A DNA stretch of 63,498 bases, counting the filler, from Octopus bimaculoides (lineage: Eukaryota), in NCBI RefSeq assembly GCF_001194135.2. It is 6 parts of 6 records of this genome, joined end to end, with 100 filler letters (N's around TTAATTAATTAA, not from the genome) between each part and the next. Parts side by side here need not be neighbours in the genome. Positions count along the whole stretch, not along the records: positions 24,806 to 49,933 come from NC_068985.1; 5 more parts are not named here. The stretch is one strand, 5' to 3'. How positions within the stretch are numbered: position 1 is the stretch's first letter; every line of letters starts with the position of its first letter. A program made the position numbers and the translations under genes. This document shows positions 24,881 through 37,961 of the stretch, in pieces. The notes beneath the pieces are model-generated. The model saw only the letters and a program-made list of their open reading frames with translations, made no database searches and was not told the origin of the DNA.

Positions 24881-25191
24881 ATGAATGCATGTTTGTCTGT
24901 AACAATCGATTAATGTTTCGCCCGGGAAGCCGAAGATAAACTAGAAAGGAAAGGTCTATTCGCTTTTGGAAATGTGTGTGTGTGTATGAGTGTACGTTTA
25001 TGCGTGTATGTGTGTGTGCGCGTGGGAGCGCGTGTGTATAAAGTCAGACACACACACGAGCGCGCACACACACGTACACATACGTATACACGTTACATTA
25101 GACACACATGCACGTAGATACACATCTTACTGATAGGTATAAAGTCACAATAACCTCAGGCACACAGTGATGTGTTCTCTCCGTTAACTAT

Positions 25192-25244
<53 letters not shown>

Positions 25245-26238
25245 TTGTTGTCAGCTGGGCATGCTACATCCATGATCCAGCATAGTATATTTTCTTTCTC
25301 AATTAAGACTATGTCTGGCTTCCTATTGTCTATCTCATGGATCTTTGCATTTCAATTTTCGACGATGCCTTCAGGCTTGTGGTCGTACCAATTTTTTTCT
25401 CTGTCAAGTCCAGACTTGTTGCAAAGTGTCCAATGGAGAAGCCTGGCTATATTGTCGTGGCGACTCTTATATTTCTTCTGGGCTAGTGGAGTACATTGGC
25501 TGGTTATATACGATACGGTTTCACCGTTTTGACCACAGATTCTGCTCTTATCACTTTCTGCTGTGTTCGCCATACTTTTTTCAAGCAATCACTCAGCATT
25601 CGATGCAAAACCAAGGTTCATACACTCCATAATCCAAGAATGTGGTATCATATCGTATGCCTTACGATAGTCGATCCATGACATGCCTAAGTTACTTTTC
25701 CTCTTTTGCAGTCTCTAAGTACAGTTTTGTCTATCAGGAGTTGATCCTTGGAACCTCTGCACTTACGTTTGCAACCCTTCTGCTCATGTGGCAGGACTCC
25801 ATTTTTTCCAGATGTTCGTACACTGACTCAGCGAGTATTCCAGTCAATAACTTCCACATAAGTGGCAAACAGCATATCGGCCTGTAATTGTCTACCGTAT
25901 TGCCTTTTTCGATGTTTTTCAGGCATAGCACTGTCCTACATAATGTCAACCACTCTGGTGTTACTTGGTCGGCATTTAAATAGGTGTTGAGTTGCGCAGG
26001 TATTCATGCACGACATTCACCAAATCTTTTGATCCAGTAGCCTTGAACTCCATCTGGTCCCAGGGCCTTCCAGCTGCTCAATTTTTTTTTACTGATTTCC
26101 TACACTTTCCTAACTGAAATGACTAGTTCTGCCTGTTTTGGACAGACTACTGTTTGTTCCCGTTCTTGCAGCCATTCAGCATCCTTCTGGTGCTCCTTGC
26201 CCTTGCTCCAGATGTCATTCAAAAACCCTTGACTTTCA
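25245..26238 (-). mobile_element. R4/Dong-like LINE with internal RT deletion
   Basis: [27 protein letters not shown] and WIDYRKAYDMIPHSWI joined directly to the CCHC-type region (RICGQNGETVSYITSQC...RHDNIARLLHW). Flanked by microsatellites. Confidence 0.85.
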
Positions 26239-26239
26239 A

Positions 26240-26303
<64 letters not shown>

Positions 26304-26477
26304 GTTCAGTAGTTTTATTTTTATAACGTGCTTTCACTTCACTACCGAGCGCAGCTCTGTGCGCCTTGGGTATGTGCTGTGGTTTGCTGTGGTGCTCTTA
26401 TGTTTACTGTATTGAAAGTGTTTTGCGTAGAATGTGTGCAGTACCCAGTAGTGCAATTTTCTGTATGTTATATATAT
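26304..26477 (-). mobile_element. R4/Dong-like LINE 3' terminus
   Basis: IQKIALLGTAHILRKTLSIQ-stop, 3' UTR, then (TAA)n. Confidence 0.8.
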
Positions 26478-26487
26478 NNNNNNNNNN

Positions 26488-26595
<108 letters not shown>

Positions 26596-27189
26596 ATTGT
26601 TACTATAAGGGGAAGGATGCTTCTCAAGAGCACAACAATACGCCTAATAGATTATATCATATCACATTATTTTAGCCTTATTTTGTTAAAAGACGAAGAC
26701 AAAAATCGACGTCGTCATTATTTGAACTAAAGGGAGGTAACTAAATGTAATTTCAAACAACTGACACGATATTTCACGCCTCTTCTAACGATTTTTCTGT
26801 CACGTGCAATTAATATGAGGTGGAAAATAGGTACTATGGACCCCAGCAAATGATTGGTGCCTAATATTAAGACTCCAGATGGAGGAAAATAATGTTGACA
26901 TTGGATATATTTAAATTAAAAGAACGTAACTAAGTAATCCAAGGCATTTTGTCCTTCGCTCTGTGTCCTTCTGGCATTTACCACAGAAGAAGAGCTTACC
27001 TAGTAAACATGTTTGCTAGAAATAGCAGCTATGTCTTGAGCGTATCACTCCGTACCTTCTATACGAACATGGAAGAAAACATTGCTTAACGTTTTAAGTG
27101 TACAGTTAAATGAAACAGACCAGATAGTTACAGCTGGAATGTCTCTGAATATAGGTCTGCTAGATGAAGTCAAACTTAGTGTTAAATAA

Positions 27190-27229
27190 CAGCACCAACA
27201 ACAACAGTAACAACAACAACAACAACACC

Positions 27230-27277
<48 letters not shown>

Positions 27278-27950
27278 AGTAATATAAATATGAGATAATT
27301 GCTATGAAAATATTATCCAACATTGCAGGAGTTACAGCCAGAACAACGACGATGACGACGACTAGAACAAAAGGAAAATAACACAAAAGCAATATGAATA
27401 ACATTAGCATATATTATTGCGAAATGGAATTTCTAAATAAGGGGGTGGGGAAAAAGAAAAAGAAACAAACAAGGAAACCATAATCACTATTACGACCATC
27501 ACCAACATCATCACAACTAAAAACAACAACAATAGGAATTGCAGAAAGCAAGAAGAAAGACAATAAGCACCGCAGAATTATACAAGTAGCAAACATATCA
27601 ATGTCAACTACAGCAGTAACTACAACAGATATAATAACGATGACAACTACTGAATAAAAATGAAAGAGTCTGGGTTGTACAATATCAATGTCAACAACGT
27701 TAAATGCTGCTGCACCGTCATTGGCAACGACGGCACTAACAACAACTACAACTGAATTACGTTTGCTATAACCATTGTGAAAGATACGTCAACAGCAGCA
27801 GCAAGAAATAATGAAAATAAGGATGAAATGACAACAGCAATGGCAACACGAATAAAGGCGACAGCCATGACAACAATGAAAATAACAACAACAATAGCGA
27901 CAGCCAACGAAAATAAATTTAACTGGGATGAAATATAAACAAAGCTAATA
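27190..27950. repeat. (CAA)n and degenerate CAA/CAG/AAT low-complexity tract
   Basis: Direct inspection. Confidence 0.75.
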
Positions 27951-28526
27951 TGAAACAGATCAACAAGATACGGAATTTATGGAAAGAACGGCGAAACATA
28001 TACAGGGAGATTATACTAGAATCCAAGGAAACATTGGAATAAAGTGGTGTTCATCCCTTGTATGCTAAATGCCAAATTGCAGTAAATGTGCATTTACTTG
28101 CATCTGCATTGGAAATGCAATGAATCTTATTCATAACACTTCGGTTGCACTTGCGTCTTTTTCTTTTCTGCAGAATAAATAACATCTGTGTTATCATGAA
28201 GCATGATTCATCAGATAGAGTTGGGTCTTTATTTTGTCGAGGTCTTTCGCATTTTGTGTCCAGTTAACAGGGTTGCTGGAAGTCGGATAAACCGCCATAC
28301 TATATACGTTCCAGCTCTTTACATTCTGAGTTCAAATCATGCAGAGGTCAACTCCTCTGCGTTTTATTTACTTTTTCTTTCCAAACCGTGATCGATAAAA
28401 TATTTTACTAACAAACACTGGAAATTGGTTTAGTGCAATGACTACGAAATCGGAAATGATGTTTTTTAACTGCTTCATTGCGCTGGTTACATATTCTGCA
28501 ATTTGGTGTTTGGATACATTTTCATT

Positions 28527-28908
28527 GTGGAGGCGCAATGGCCTAGTGGTTAAGGCAGCGGACTCGTGGTCACAGGATCGCGGTTTCGATTCCCAGACCG
28601 GGCGTTGTGAATGTTTATTGAGCCAAAACACCTAAAGCTCCACGAGGCTCCGGCAGGGGGATGGTGGCGAACCCTGCTGTACTCTTTCACCACAACTTTC
28701 TCTCAATCTTCCTTCCTGTTTCTGCTTTGCCTGTAATTCAAAGGGTCAACCTTGTCACACTGTGTCACGCTGAATATCCCCGAGAACTACCTTAAGGGTA
28801 CACTTGTCTGTGGAGTGCTCAGCCACTTGCACGTTAATTTCACGAGCAGGCTGTTGCGTTGACCGGATCAACTGGAACCCTCGTCGTAAGCGACGGAGTG
28901 CCAACAAC
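28527..28908 (+). mobile_element. tRNA-derived SINE family C, full length
   Basis: A box tggcctagtgg, B box ggtttcgattcc, tail gtgccaacaac. Flanked by an 83-bp direct repeat. Matches 33563-33957 and 43388-43864. Confidence 0.9.
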
Positions 28909-29758
28909 GAACGCAATCGGAAATGATATTTTTTAAGTGTCTCATTGCGCTGGTTACACATTCTGCAATTTGGTGTTTGGATACATTTTCATTATTTCAT
29001 TCTTATAATTGTTGCGACTATACGTATGTCTTGTGCCGCGAGAATCAGTCTTCAGTCTTTTATTTTAGACCGGGCTTTTGAGCCATTGATAACTTTCTTT
29101 TAATTTTTGTCTATCGAGCTTTGCAGTGTATTGTCAATAGAGAAATCTCCCCCCACCCATTTCTTCTTTCGTATGCTTTATAATTTTGTTTTCATTGTTA
29201 TCCTTTTAAGTTGAGTGTTTTTGTTTTTTAATTTATTGTTTCAGTTTAGTTCGTTATCATTTCCTGATGTTTACTGAGAAGTAATTCTGCTTTTCATGTT
29301 GCTTTATTACATTTATGAGTTTTCCACTCTTTGTCTCTAAGTATTTGTCCAGTCCAACCAACTGTTATCATTTTATAGAAATTTTCTATTTATGTCAGGC
29401 CACACCCTACTTCTCTGCGGGGTAGGTACACTCTGTCTATATTCACTTTGGGATGGTGATTGCCGTATGTTTTCAGTTATTTCCTGGGTTTTCTATCTAA
29501 ATTTTTCAATTCACTTAGGTTCCATTTTATCACGTTGAAGCTGTAGTATATAAAAGATATATCTAACGTATTTATAGCAATTTTTCTATTTCCAACAATA
29601 GGTTTAGTTTTCTTTATATTAGTCTCACTCTTCTCTAGTGTCCTTTCCTAATTTTTCCTCTTGTAGTTTAACTGTTTCATCTATTCTTCGGTATTTACAT
29701 TGGTGATTGGGATCTAATTCTCTTTAGTGTCTATATCTAGTGTAATATTCTCTATACT

Positions 29759-29965
29759 CGAGCTGCCAGAATCGTTAGCACACCGAGCAAAATGATTAGC
29801 GGCATTTCGTCCGTCTTCGTGTTCTGAGTTCAAATTCCACCGATGTTGACTTTGTCTCTCATTCTTTCGGGGGTCGATTAAATAAGCACCAGTTATGCAT
29901 TGAGATCAATGTAATCAACTTAATACCTTCCCCAAAATTTCAGGCAACGTGCTTCCAGTAGAAAA

Positions 29966-30004
<39 letters not shown>

Positions 30005-30205
30005 GGCGGCGACCTGGCAGATCCGCTAGCACGCCGGGCAAAATGCTTAGCGGCATTTCGTCCGTCCTTACGTTCTAAGTTCAAATCCCGCTGAGGTTGA
30101 CTTTGCCTTTCATCGTTTCGGGGATGATAAATTGATGTGATCGACTATCCCCAGCCCCACAAAATCCAGGACTTGTGCCTATAGTAGAAACAATTGTTAT
30201 TATTA

Positions 30206-30273
<68 letters not shown>
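29759..30273 (+). mobile_element. Two family A SINEs in tandem (29759-30003, 30005-30273), each with a (TTA)n tail
   Basis: Both have the gagctg/gacctggcaga head and gagttcaaat B box. The second has an internal deletion. Confidence 0.85.
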
Positions 30274-30275
<2 letters not shown>

Positions 30276-30646
30276 AGTGGAATCACTTCCCATTATATTC
30301 CTCCAATAGTAACTGTAATTTTTATGAACATATTCCAGGAAAAGCATATTACTTTTATGAGTCAGCATTCGAAAATTACTTGTAAGAGGTTTCGTTCATG
30401 TTTTGCTAATTATATCATACGTGAGGCCATGAGAAATGTTTTAACGACATGAAAGTCCATATATCATTCTCATTACATCAGCATGAGCCCTTATTGCTGG
30501 AAAGGCCTGGTTTTGTTTTTGAATTCATTTTAGTTATGATTACAATAAATTAATTGCTATTGTTGTTGTTTCGTCCAGATCAACTGTAATGAAGTATAGC
30601 TATGGTTAGAAGTATTCCAATCTTAACTTTCGTCGTTCTATTCAGT

Positions 30647-31166
30647 GTAATATTTATCCCCACTTAAACATGGATGTTCTGTTGGGACAAACTTTACTGT
30701 GGTACATACCACGAGAGAAACACTCGTATTGACGATTTGGTGAAGTAATATTTGTTCTAACAGAACATCCACAGTTAAGTAGAGATAAATATTACATCTC
30801 GGTATTAATACTAACTCTGTCGAAAATATATATATTTTTAACAAGCTCACTAGCTAATCGTGACACCGACACCAGCGCCTGTCATGGCACCGTCAATCTA
30901 TACATCGGTGGCGGAGAGATAAATCACTATGGCCTATAGCGGTTGAGCGCCCATCATTGATAAGACCAAACAAGGTTGAAATCACGCAATCTGGTGGTCT
31001 CGGCGCAGGATGTAGCGAGGATTGATCTCCCCGCTAACGATGTAAACAAAAGTGTATTTTGCACCAACAAGCCAATACGAGAGTTTCTCCCATGGTAACT
31101 ACCATAGTACAGTATAGAACATCCATTTTTGAGTGGAGATAAACATTACTTCTCACTATTAATACT
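30647..31166. repeat. Nested inverted-repeat element (MITE/foldback-like)
   Basis: Outer arms 30647-30742 and 31061-31149. Inner arms 30901-30925 and 31020-31044 (21/25). An extra terminal copy lies at 30759-30812. Confidence 0.7.
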
Positions 31167-32529
31167 GCCTCTAATGTTAATATGCATCTATACAGTGTAT
31201 CTTAGACAGTATACCTACGGCTGTATTTTCTAACTGCTCTTCTTTCTTTAACGACATTTACATGTGGTAAAACGCAAAATTTGTTGATATTTCTAGCTGA
31301 CCGAGAGACCACGTTGCAGGTTCCTCGTTCGCTCGCTTAGTTGAAACAATTGTAGATGTGTAAATGTGTTAATAATGTAGTTAGCACATTTATAGCGATT
31401 ACGATACGTTATTATTTAAGAGATGTTGCCCCAAGTAAAGATAACAATATCTAAACGGTTAGTAGTGTTGCTGATGATGATGATGATGATCATCATCATC
31501 ATCTGTACATTCTGCTGGATGAAACACTTTAGATGTCTTCGGTTGATTGTATAATGAGAGTGCGATTGTTTTTCGTCATAGGTTATAACACAAGGTCGTT
31601 ACACCTTAAAGAAAAGCACATGATCAATAATCAGTTCATTGAACTCAGACGAAGAATAAATTGTGTAAGCATTGAACCAAACCTAAATAAAGTTTTAAGT
31701 ATGCACACAAGGAAAATGGGAAAATAAACAAAACTCACACACACACTCACTCACACACACACAAGCACACAAACACACACATGCAGTCAGTATATAGCTA
31801 TCACTTTGTTATGTTTGGATGCATACATATCTTTTATCTGTATTTATGTATGCATATACATACATAAATACATATAGACATACATATACATACGCATAGC
31901 ACACACATATAACCTTTTGTGACTTTTCTACAGGTAAATCTCTTTCTCTGCAATGATCTTTTACGTCATCCTTTCCGTGTATTTGCTTACATTCTAAGTT
32001 GTGAACATATTCCGACTGATAAAGGTAGGGCAAAAGAAGGAACGAGGTGTAAATGTCATGTCTCTGTTGGAAATATTTTCATACACTTTTGTAAATCGAA
32101 GTTTCCTTTTTGCCAGACATAAACACGTTAATTAATATACATCGACGCTGCTAGAAATGCAAGCTTAAAAAAAAAAAACACGAACACAAATTTCAGTAAT
32201 ATAGCATACCCGTACACACCCACAGGTAGACACATAAAGCCCTTCTTCAGCTATCTCATCTAGTTCCACCTATTAAATATAATAATTTAGCATCTCAAAA
32301 TTATCATAGTCTGTAGATATTTCGATTCCTGATTCTCTTAACGACGGTGAGGTTACATCCTAGTCTTAATCACGATCTTTCTCGAATGCTACTCACTATG
32401 AGAACTTACAGTGAGCTTTCTTTGAGACTTTGAAACCTTATTCTGATATGTGTGTGTATGTGTGTGTGTATGTGTATGTATGTATGTATGTATGTATGTA
32501 TGTATGTATATTTATATATTAGTGTTCTT

Positions 32530-32732
32530 GTGTTTGTGTTTCCCTAGCCTGCTTGTTAATAAGCATTGTTTTTTTCTTTAAGTCCATAACTTAGTAATTC
32601 AGTAAAAGAAACCGATAGAATAAGCGTCAGTCTAAAAATAAGTGCAAAGGTTTATTTGATTGACAAAATCCTTCAAGGTGATACCTTCGTATGACTGCAG
32701 CTCAATGACTGAAATAAGCAAAAGTATAGAAG
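32530..32732 (+). mobile_element. SINE family B, 3' half, diverged
   Basis: aaagaaaccgatagaataag...cttcaaggtg...aatgactgaaataag. Confidence 0.55.
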
Positions 32733-33562
32733 TTAATATTATTACAACTAAATTCCCTTTGTATCCTAAGCAATACACACTAACGCAAAACATCTCATGA
32801 GAAATCACCCTTCTATTCATCATATTTATCTACAAATACTTCTGGAGAAATAATTCCGATGCTTTCCTCGGCCCATCTACCAATTATTATTACAACACAC
32901 TCGCACATTAATAAAAGAAGAAAAAAACCCAAAACACAAAGAAAAAACACGTTCAGAAACTAAAAGAAGCACAATGAATAGTAAGAGTGCAGCATGAAGC
33001 ATACGCAAGGTTTTTGAGAATCGGACATGAAAATCATCAGCTTAGACACTGTAGTAAAAGCATTCAGCAAAATAATGCTTAATACATCGGAATAATGTAT
33101 CGTACAAAGCAACCTATAAAGTACAAATCCCATTACACACTAGAAATATTCAACCACATATAAAACCAGCGACAAGCCGAAGCATAATACGTCGAATTTA
33201 TATACAAATGCAAAAATTTTGCCATCAAACAAGTAAATAGTGATATACCCAGTAATTAACTAAAAGAATAACAGAAAATATGCAAATATTTGTATTTAAC
33301 ATAAATCTCATGAAAATCAGTGAAACGCTATATCGAGTAATTAGCTCTGTCAATAACTACAAAAGGAGCAACACACTTCGTATCACAATACTTTCGAATA
33401 ACACAGCCACATTTCAAACACAAAACACCATTATACGATATTTTCCAACAATCTGCCGTTAATTTTCACAAAAAGATAGGAACAGAAAGCGAAAAATACA
33501 CACCTTCTATCTAGCTTACTACTATGGTCATTTCCTTCCACGAGACACCCTAAAGCATTGTG

Positions 33563-33957
33563 TTGTTGTTGGCACTCCGGCGCTTACGACGTCGAGGGTT
33601 CCAGTTGATCCGATGATCCGATCAACGGAACAGCCTGCTCGTGAAATTAACGTGCATGTGGCTGAGCACTCCACAGACACGTGTACCCCTTAACGTAGTT
33701 CTCGGGGATATTCAGCGTGACACAGTGTGACAAGGCTGATCCTTTGAATTACAGGCACAACAGAAACAGGAAGAAAGAGTGAGAGAAAGTTGTGGTGAAA
33801 GAGTACAGCAGGGTTCGCCACCATTCCCTGTCGGAGCCTCGTGGAGCTTTAGGTGTTTTCGCTCAATAAACACTCACAACGCCCGGTCTGGGAATCGAAA
33901 CCGCAATCCTATGACTACGAGTCCACTGCCCTAACCACTGGGCCATTGCGCCTCCAC
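33563..33957 (-). mobile_element. SINE family C, full length
   Basis: Reverse complement of 28527-28908. Imperfect flanking repeat of about 13 bp, acaccc(t/cc)aaagca. Confidence 0.9.
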
Positions 33958-35084
33958 ACCCCCAAAGCAAGAAAGAAATATAAACTGTCAAAAGCCTTAA
34001 AGACAGACATTATCACAAACATGCAAATATATCGTGTAGGACTTTGATGAAGTCACAGCACCACAAATAGTTCAGTACTGTGAAAACTGATTAATTTGAC
34101 TCTCGAGAAAAAAAGAAAAAACAATTCTGTACATGACCATCTGGTATCGTTACGGGTCTCTTATATTATATTAAATCTTGTCCTTTCTTTTTTAAAACAG
34201 TAGGGTAGGATTTAAGAGAGTTTTGGCTGCAGATTTTGTGAACACATAGAGGCTCCCACCCAGTTTTCAGATAGTGGTGGTTGCTTCTTTGTACCCCTCA
34301 TATTCATAGAGTCACTAACCTCTGTTTTCGAAGTGTCAGTTGGTCTCTTAATTACTGATAAGCATTGCATTCTGGAATAACATTTTGTAGAAGACTCACT
34401 GGAATTTGTAATTGGTCTGCTATGAAAATTTCAATGATGGAATGTTTCAGACATCAATTACCAGGATATGTTATGATATGGAACATTGTGGCAGGTGTTC
34501 CTAATTCAGAAAGTCAAGTGCCAAGAATTTTTCGGGAATTACTTTGTTGAGAATATTTCTTGTGATGGTATCATGAAAGGTTTGCTTAATATTACGCCAT
34601 ATTACAAGAAAAAACATAATTATTGCAAGCATTACCAAATAAATCTGGAGATATTTATGCCAGAAATTCAACTGAAAGATACATAGCATGCTTTGAATAC
34701 ATACATGAAATATAGAGCTCAATCTTTAGATAACGGGGGCGGAAATGACTGAGAAGTTATGTCAAGCAACGATAAGAAAGAGTAGCCAAGAGTTTTGTGT
34801 CAGCTAAATTTGCTGTTAATTATTTAAAAAATTCATTCAAGGGCACTGGATTGAAAAATTCGTTAGGGTGTAGGGAAAATACTTTGTCAGAGAGTTCCGG
34901 TAACTCATGCAGTTGTTTAAATCCTGCAAAAGTCAATTTAGGATTTTATGCTTTCTGCATCGAATAAAGTAAAGTACCAGTCAAGTAGTCGATCTGTTAA
35001 TTATTACTTCCAGATAGCGGGTCTGCGCCTGAATCAGAAAATTACTAAAAAGAAATTCATGGGTGGTGATTTGGTAATGTGGTT

Positions 35085-35282
35085 AGAAAGCGAGATAAAA
35101 TAACTTGCTGTATTTGTACTGGCTCTTTACTTTCTAATTTCAGTTCCCACTAGGATCAACTTTGGTTGTCAACCCTCAAGAATCGGCAAAACAAAATACC
35201 AGTCAATTAGCAGAGTCGACTAACAAATGTCCCCCAACCCCAAATTTCACGTTTTGTGCCTATGCCAGTAACAATTATTAAG
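35085..35282 (+). mobile_element. Old SINE family A copy (similar relics at about 19070-19680, 28296-28360, 34860-35050)
   Basis: Degenerate match to the family A body and 3' end (ttttgtgcctat...attatta). Confidence 0.45.
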
Positions 35283-35996
35283 CGAAATTCCACAAAATAT
35301 TTTCGAGAAAACAACTAAGCAGTGTATTATTACTGATGAAGCAAATGTAAAATAAGACCCTTACAAAAGTTCATTTGTCAAGATCTAATTTTTTCATTCA
35401 TGTGTGTAGACCATCAAGGGTTTTATATATTCGTTTCCATTTCTTTATTAAAACGCCCTTCCGCTATTAATAATAATAATAAAAAACGGAATTGAAAGAA
35501 AAGATTAGAAACTATTGCTGAAGAGACACATTAATACTAACACTGTACTTATGAATCTGTGTGTTGACATCGGCCTAACATCTACATGAATCCAGTTGTC
35601 ATTTAATGTTCAAGTGTCGGTTTAAATTTTTATTAAAATCCATTTTCACAACAGAAGATTTCAGTTTTGTATTGTTTCATCGCAGTCTTCATTTATAGTT
35701 ACCGTTAAGCATGTATAAGAAAATAATATTTAGGAGTTACTTGTGTATGTGATCCAGGAAAAGAGATATAAAATATAGAAGGAAAAATGGAGAAAAATAA
35801 TTATGAGATTTGTGTGAATGAGTAACTGAAAGATATTTTCTACAAGTTTTCATTTTAAAATTCCATAATGATTTTGCAAAGCTAATGCTTCAGATTTTAG
35901 CACTGTTCGATTATAATTATAGTGAAAGTAGGATGAGATTGATGAGATTCATGTTCAGCTTGTAGATCAATGTTCGCAGGAAAAGCGTGCGAGGAC

Positions 35997-36046
35997 GGCA
36001 TTGTAGAATGTCGTAGTAAAAGGCATTGTAGAATGTCGTAGTAAAA
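35997..36046. repeat. Perfect 25-bp tandem duplication
   Basis: ggcattgtagaatgtcgtagtaaaa x2. Confidence 0.85.
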
Positions 36047-36609
36047 GAACATAGATATATATTTGGAGTGAGTGCTTAGATATCCCATCCAGTGATAGTA
36101 TAGATAAAAAGGATTGCTCAGGTATTCCTAAGAAGAAAGAGAAGGAAAAAGCCTGGATACTGAATGTACCCAAGTTATTGACTAGATTTGAGGGTTACAG
36201 TGTTTGCTTTTCGTCGAGAACCTAAGTTGGATTATTGTTTGTTCTTGGTCAGGGCATATTGTTTGTTCTCCCAATAATTACGAAGCAGTATTTACACTTT
36301 AGATATAAAATAAGTTCTAATCTTCTCATCATTGTCCCATTGATTTCTTCTGGATTTTCTGTCAGCATTAAGGGAAAGAAAAAGAGATAACTTCTACGTA
36401 ATGGCATTTCTATTCCCTTACCCCATAAAAATATCAATCAAGTTATATTTTAGTTGTTTTTTTTTGTTGTTTAAATTACATTAACATTTTCGAATCCTAT
36501 CGTTTTTAATTAATATCTCCACCTTGTGCATTACCGCACATAAAGTATTTAAATATAGAGGTCACCTCAGAAGTTCAATGATCCATAGATAGAATAAACA
36601 GATTTTTAA

Positions 36610-37560
36610 ATATTTGGTGATGTTAACCTTTTGATGTTAAAGCTGCGGTATTGAATTATGTAAATATTTAATGTCTTCTGGAGAGAACGATATCCATATG
36701 TCACAGATTGCATCAAACAACTCCTGTGGAGTTCGACATTTGGATTCTGGTTACAAAGTTCCTGCTTTGAACTGAAGTCATATATTTTCAATGATATTCA
36801 AGTGAGGGAACTGGAAAGAGTATGATATATAGTCGCGGTGCCATTTACTTTCTTTTGTCTTCTTACATCAAATGCATGTGATTTACTGATATTTTGTCAT
36901 TTCGGAACCGGAAGAATCTATCAATGGAAAAGCAGCAGTCTTGAATTGTTGGAGGTGAAAAATATTTTGGAACACTGAAGATCTTTTCACCATTCTCAGA
37001 ATCAAAACTTCCTAATAAATTAAACATTTCTATACCGTAACAACAAAAAGTCGTTTATGAAATGATGAGAGGGACACTTATGGATACAGTAAACACATCA
37101 GCATCACGTAAAACCACGTGTTAGTCAGCCGCCATAAAATATTACAGATTTCTAACAGACATTGAGAAACATTCTATCCATACCTAGAACATAAAGTAAC
37201 AGTAACCCATTCACTTATTAGTTTTGAATCCACCATTTTACTCTCGCTTCATATAGATTTTTCGTAGAGAATATATATTTACTATTTTCTGCACGGATGG
37301 TATTTCTATTAAATTTACTTGTGCAATCCAACAGTATACTTCCACTATTAGATTTCACGTGTGTAATGAACCAGATGCAACTCCTCCAGCTAAACATCGT
37401 TTCCACTTCATCGCCCAATAACAGTTTTTGCTAAATCTACCTGTTTCTAAGTTCTGGAATCACTACAACCTTACCATCGCTAATGATTTATGTCTATCTT
37501 GAAGTTGTACAAGAGATGGTTGTCTTTCATATACTGCAATAACTCATTTTGATTTTGATC
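36610..37560 (-). mobile_element. Highly decayed Tc1-like transposase relic
   Basis: Minus-strand translation gives LGDEV (FSDES-like), THVKSNSGSILL.C (TVKHGGGSVMVWGC-like) and SSPHLNIIENI...TPQELFDAICDIW...IKYLHNSIP (SPDLNIIENIW...). Confidence 0.6.
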
Positions 37561-37780
37561 ACATGCTAACTTCACTATTTGGTCAGTTTTCAGTAATGCT
37601 GCTCACGATAAAACACATACCTAACAGTAAATTTTAGCTTAGAAAATAATGGCGCAAGTTTAACGAACAGTTTTCATTTAAATCACTACAATGGAAAAAT
37701 AAGTTTTAGAAGATGCTTCGCACACAGAGAGTTATATGCATATACACACACGCACATGCACGCACACACACACACACATA

Positions 37781-37961
37781 TAGGCGCAGGAGTCGGTGTG
37801 TTGTAAGTAGCTTGCTTACGAACCACATGGTTCCGGGTTCAGTCCCATTGCGTACCACCTTCGGCAAGTGTTTTCTACTATATCCTCGGGCCGACCAAAG
37901 CCTTGTGAGTGGATTTGGTAGACGGAAACTGAAAGAAGCCCGTCGTATGTATATGTATATA
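37781..37961 (+). mobile_element. SINE family B, 5' half, runs into a gap at its internal (TA)n
   Basis: ggttccgggttcagtccc...gtggatttggtagacggaaactgaaagaagcccgtcgtat. Confidence 0.85.

Noticed and set aside
27190-27950. Thr/Asn/Gln-rich mucin-like coding exon
   Set aside because: Interrupted by stops in all frames and typical of degenerate (CAA)n.
28527-28600. tRNA genes at SINE heads (also 33885-33957, 43795-43864, 44127-44191, 56143-56215)
   Set aside because: A and B boxes are present but the acceptor stems are incomplete and the heads continue into SINE bodies. The parental tRNA identity is unresolved.
32390-32435. ctatgag...tgaaac as a hammerhead relic
   Set aside because: The core is incomplete and there are no supporting stems.
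34365-34722. Possible transposase relic (GYVMIWNIVAG)
   Set aside because: A single weak motif, with no other Tc1/mariner landmarks in any frame.
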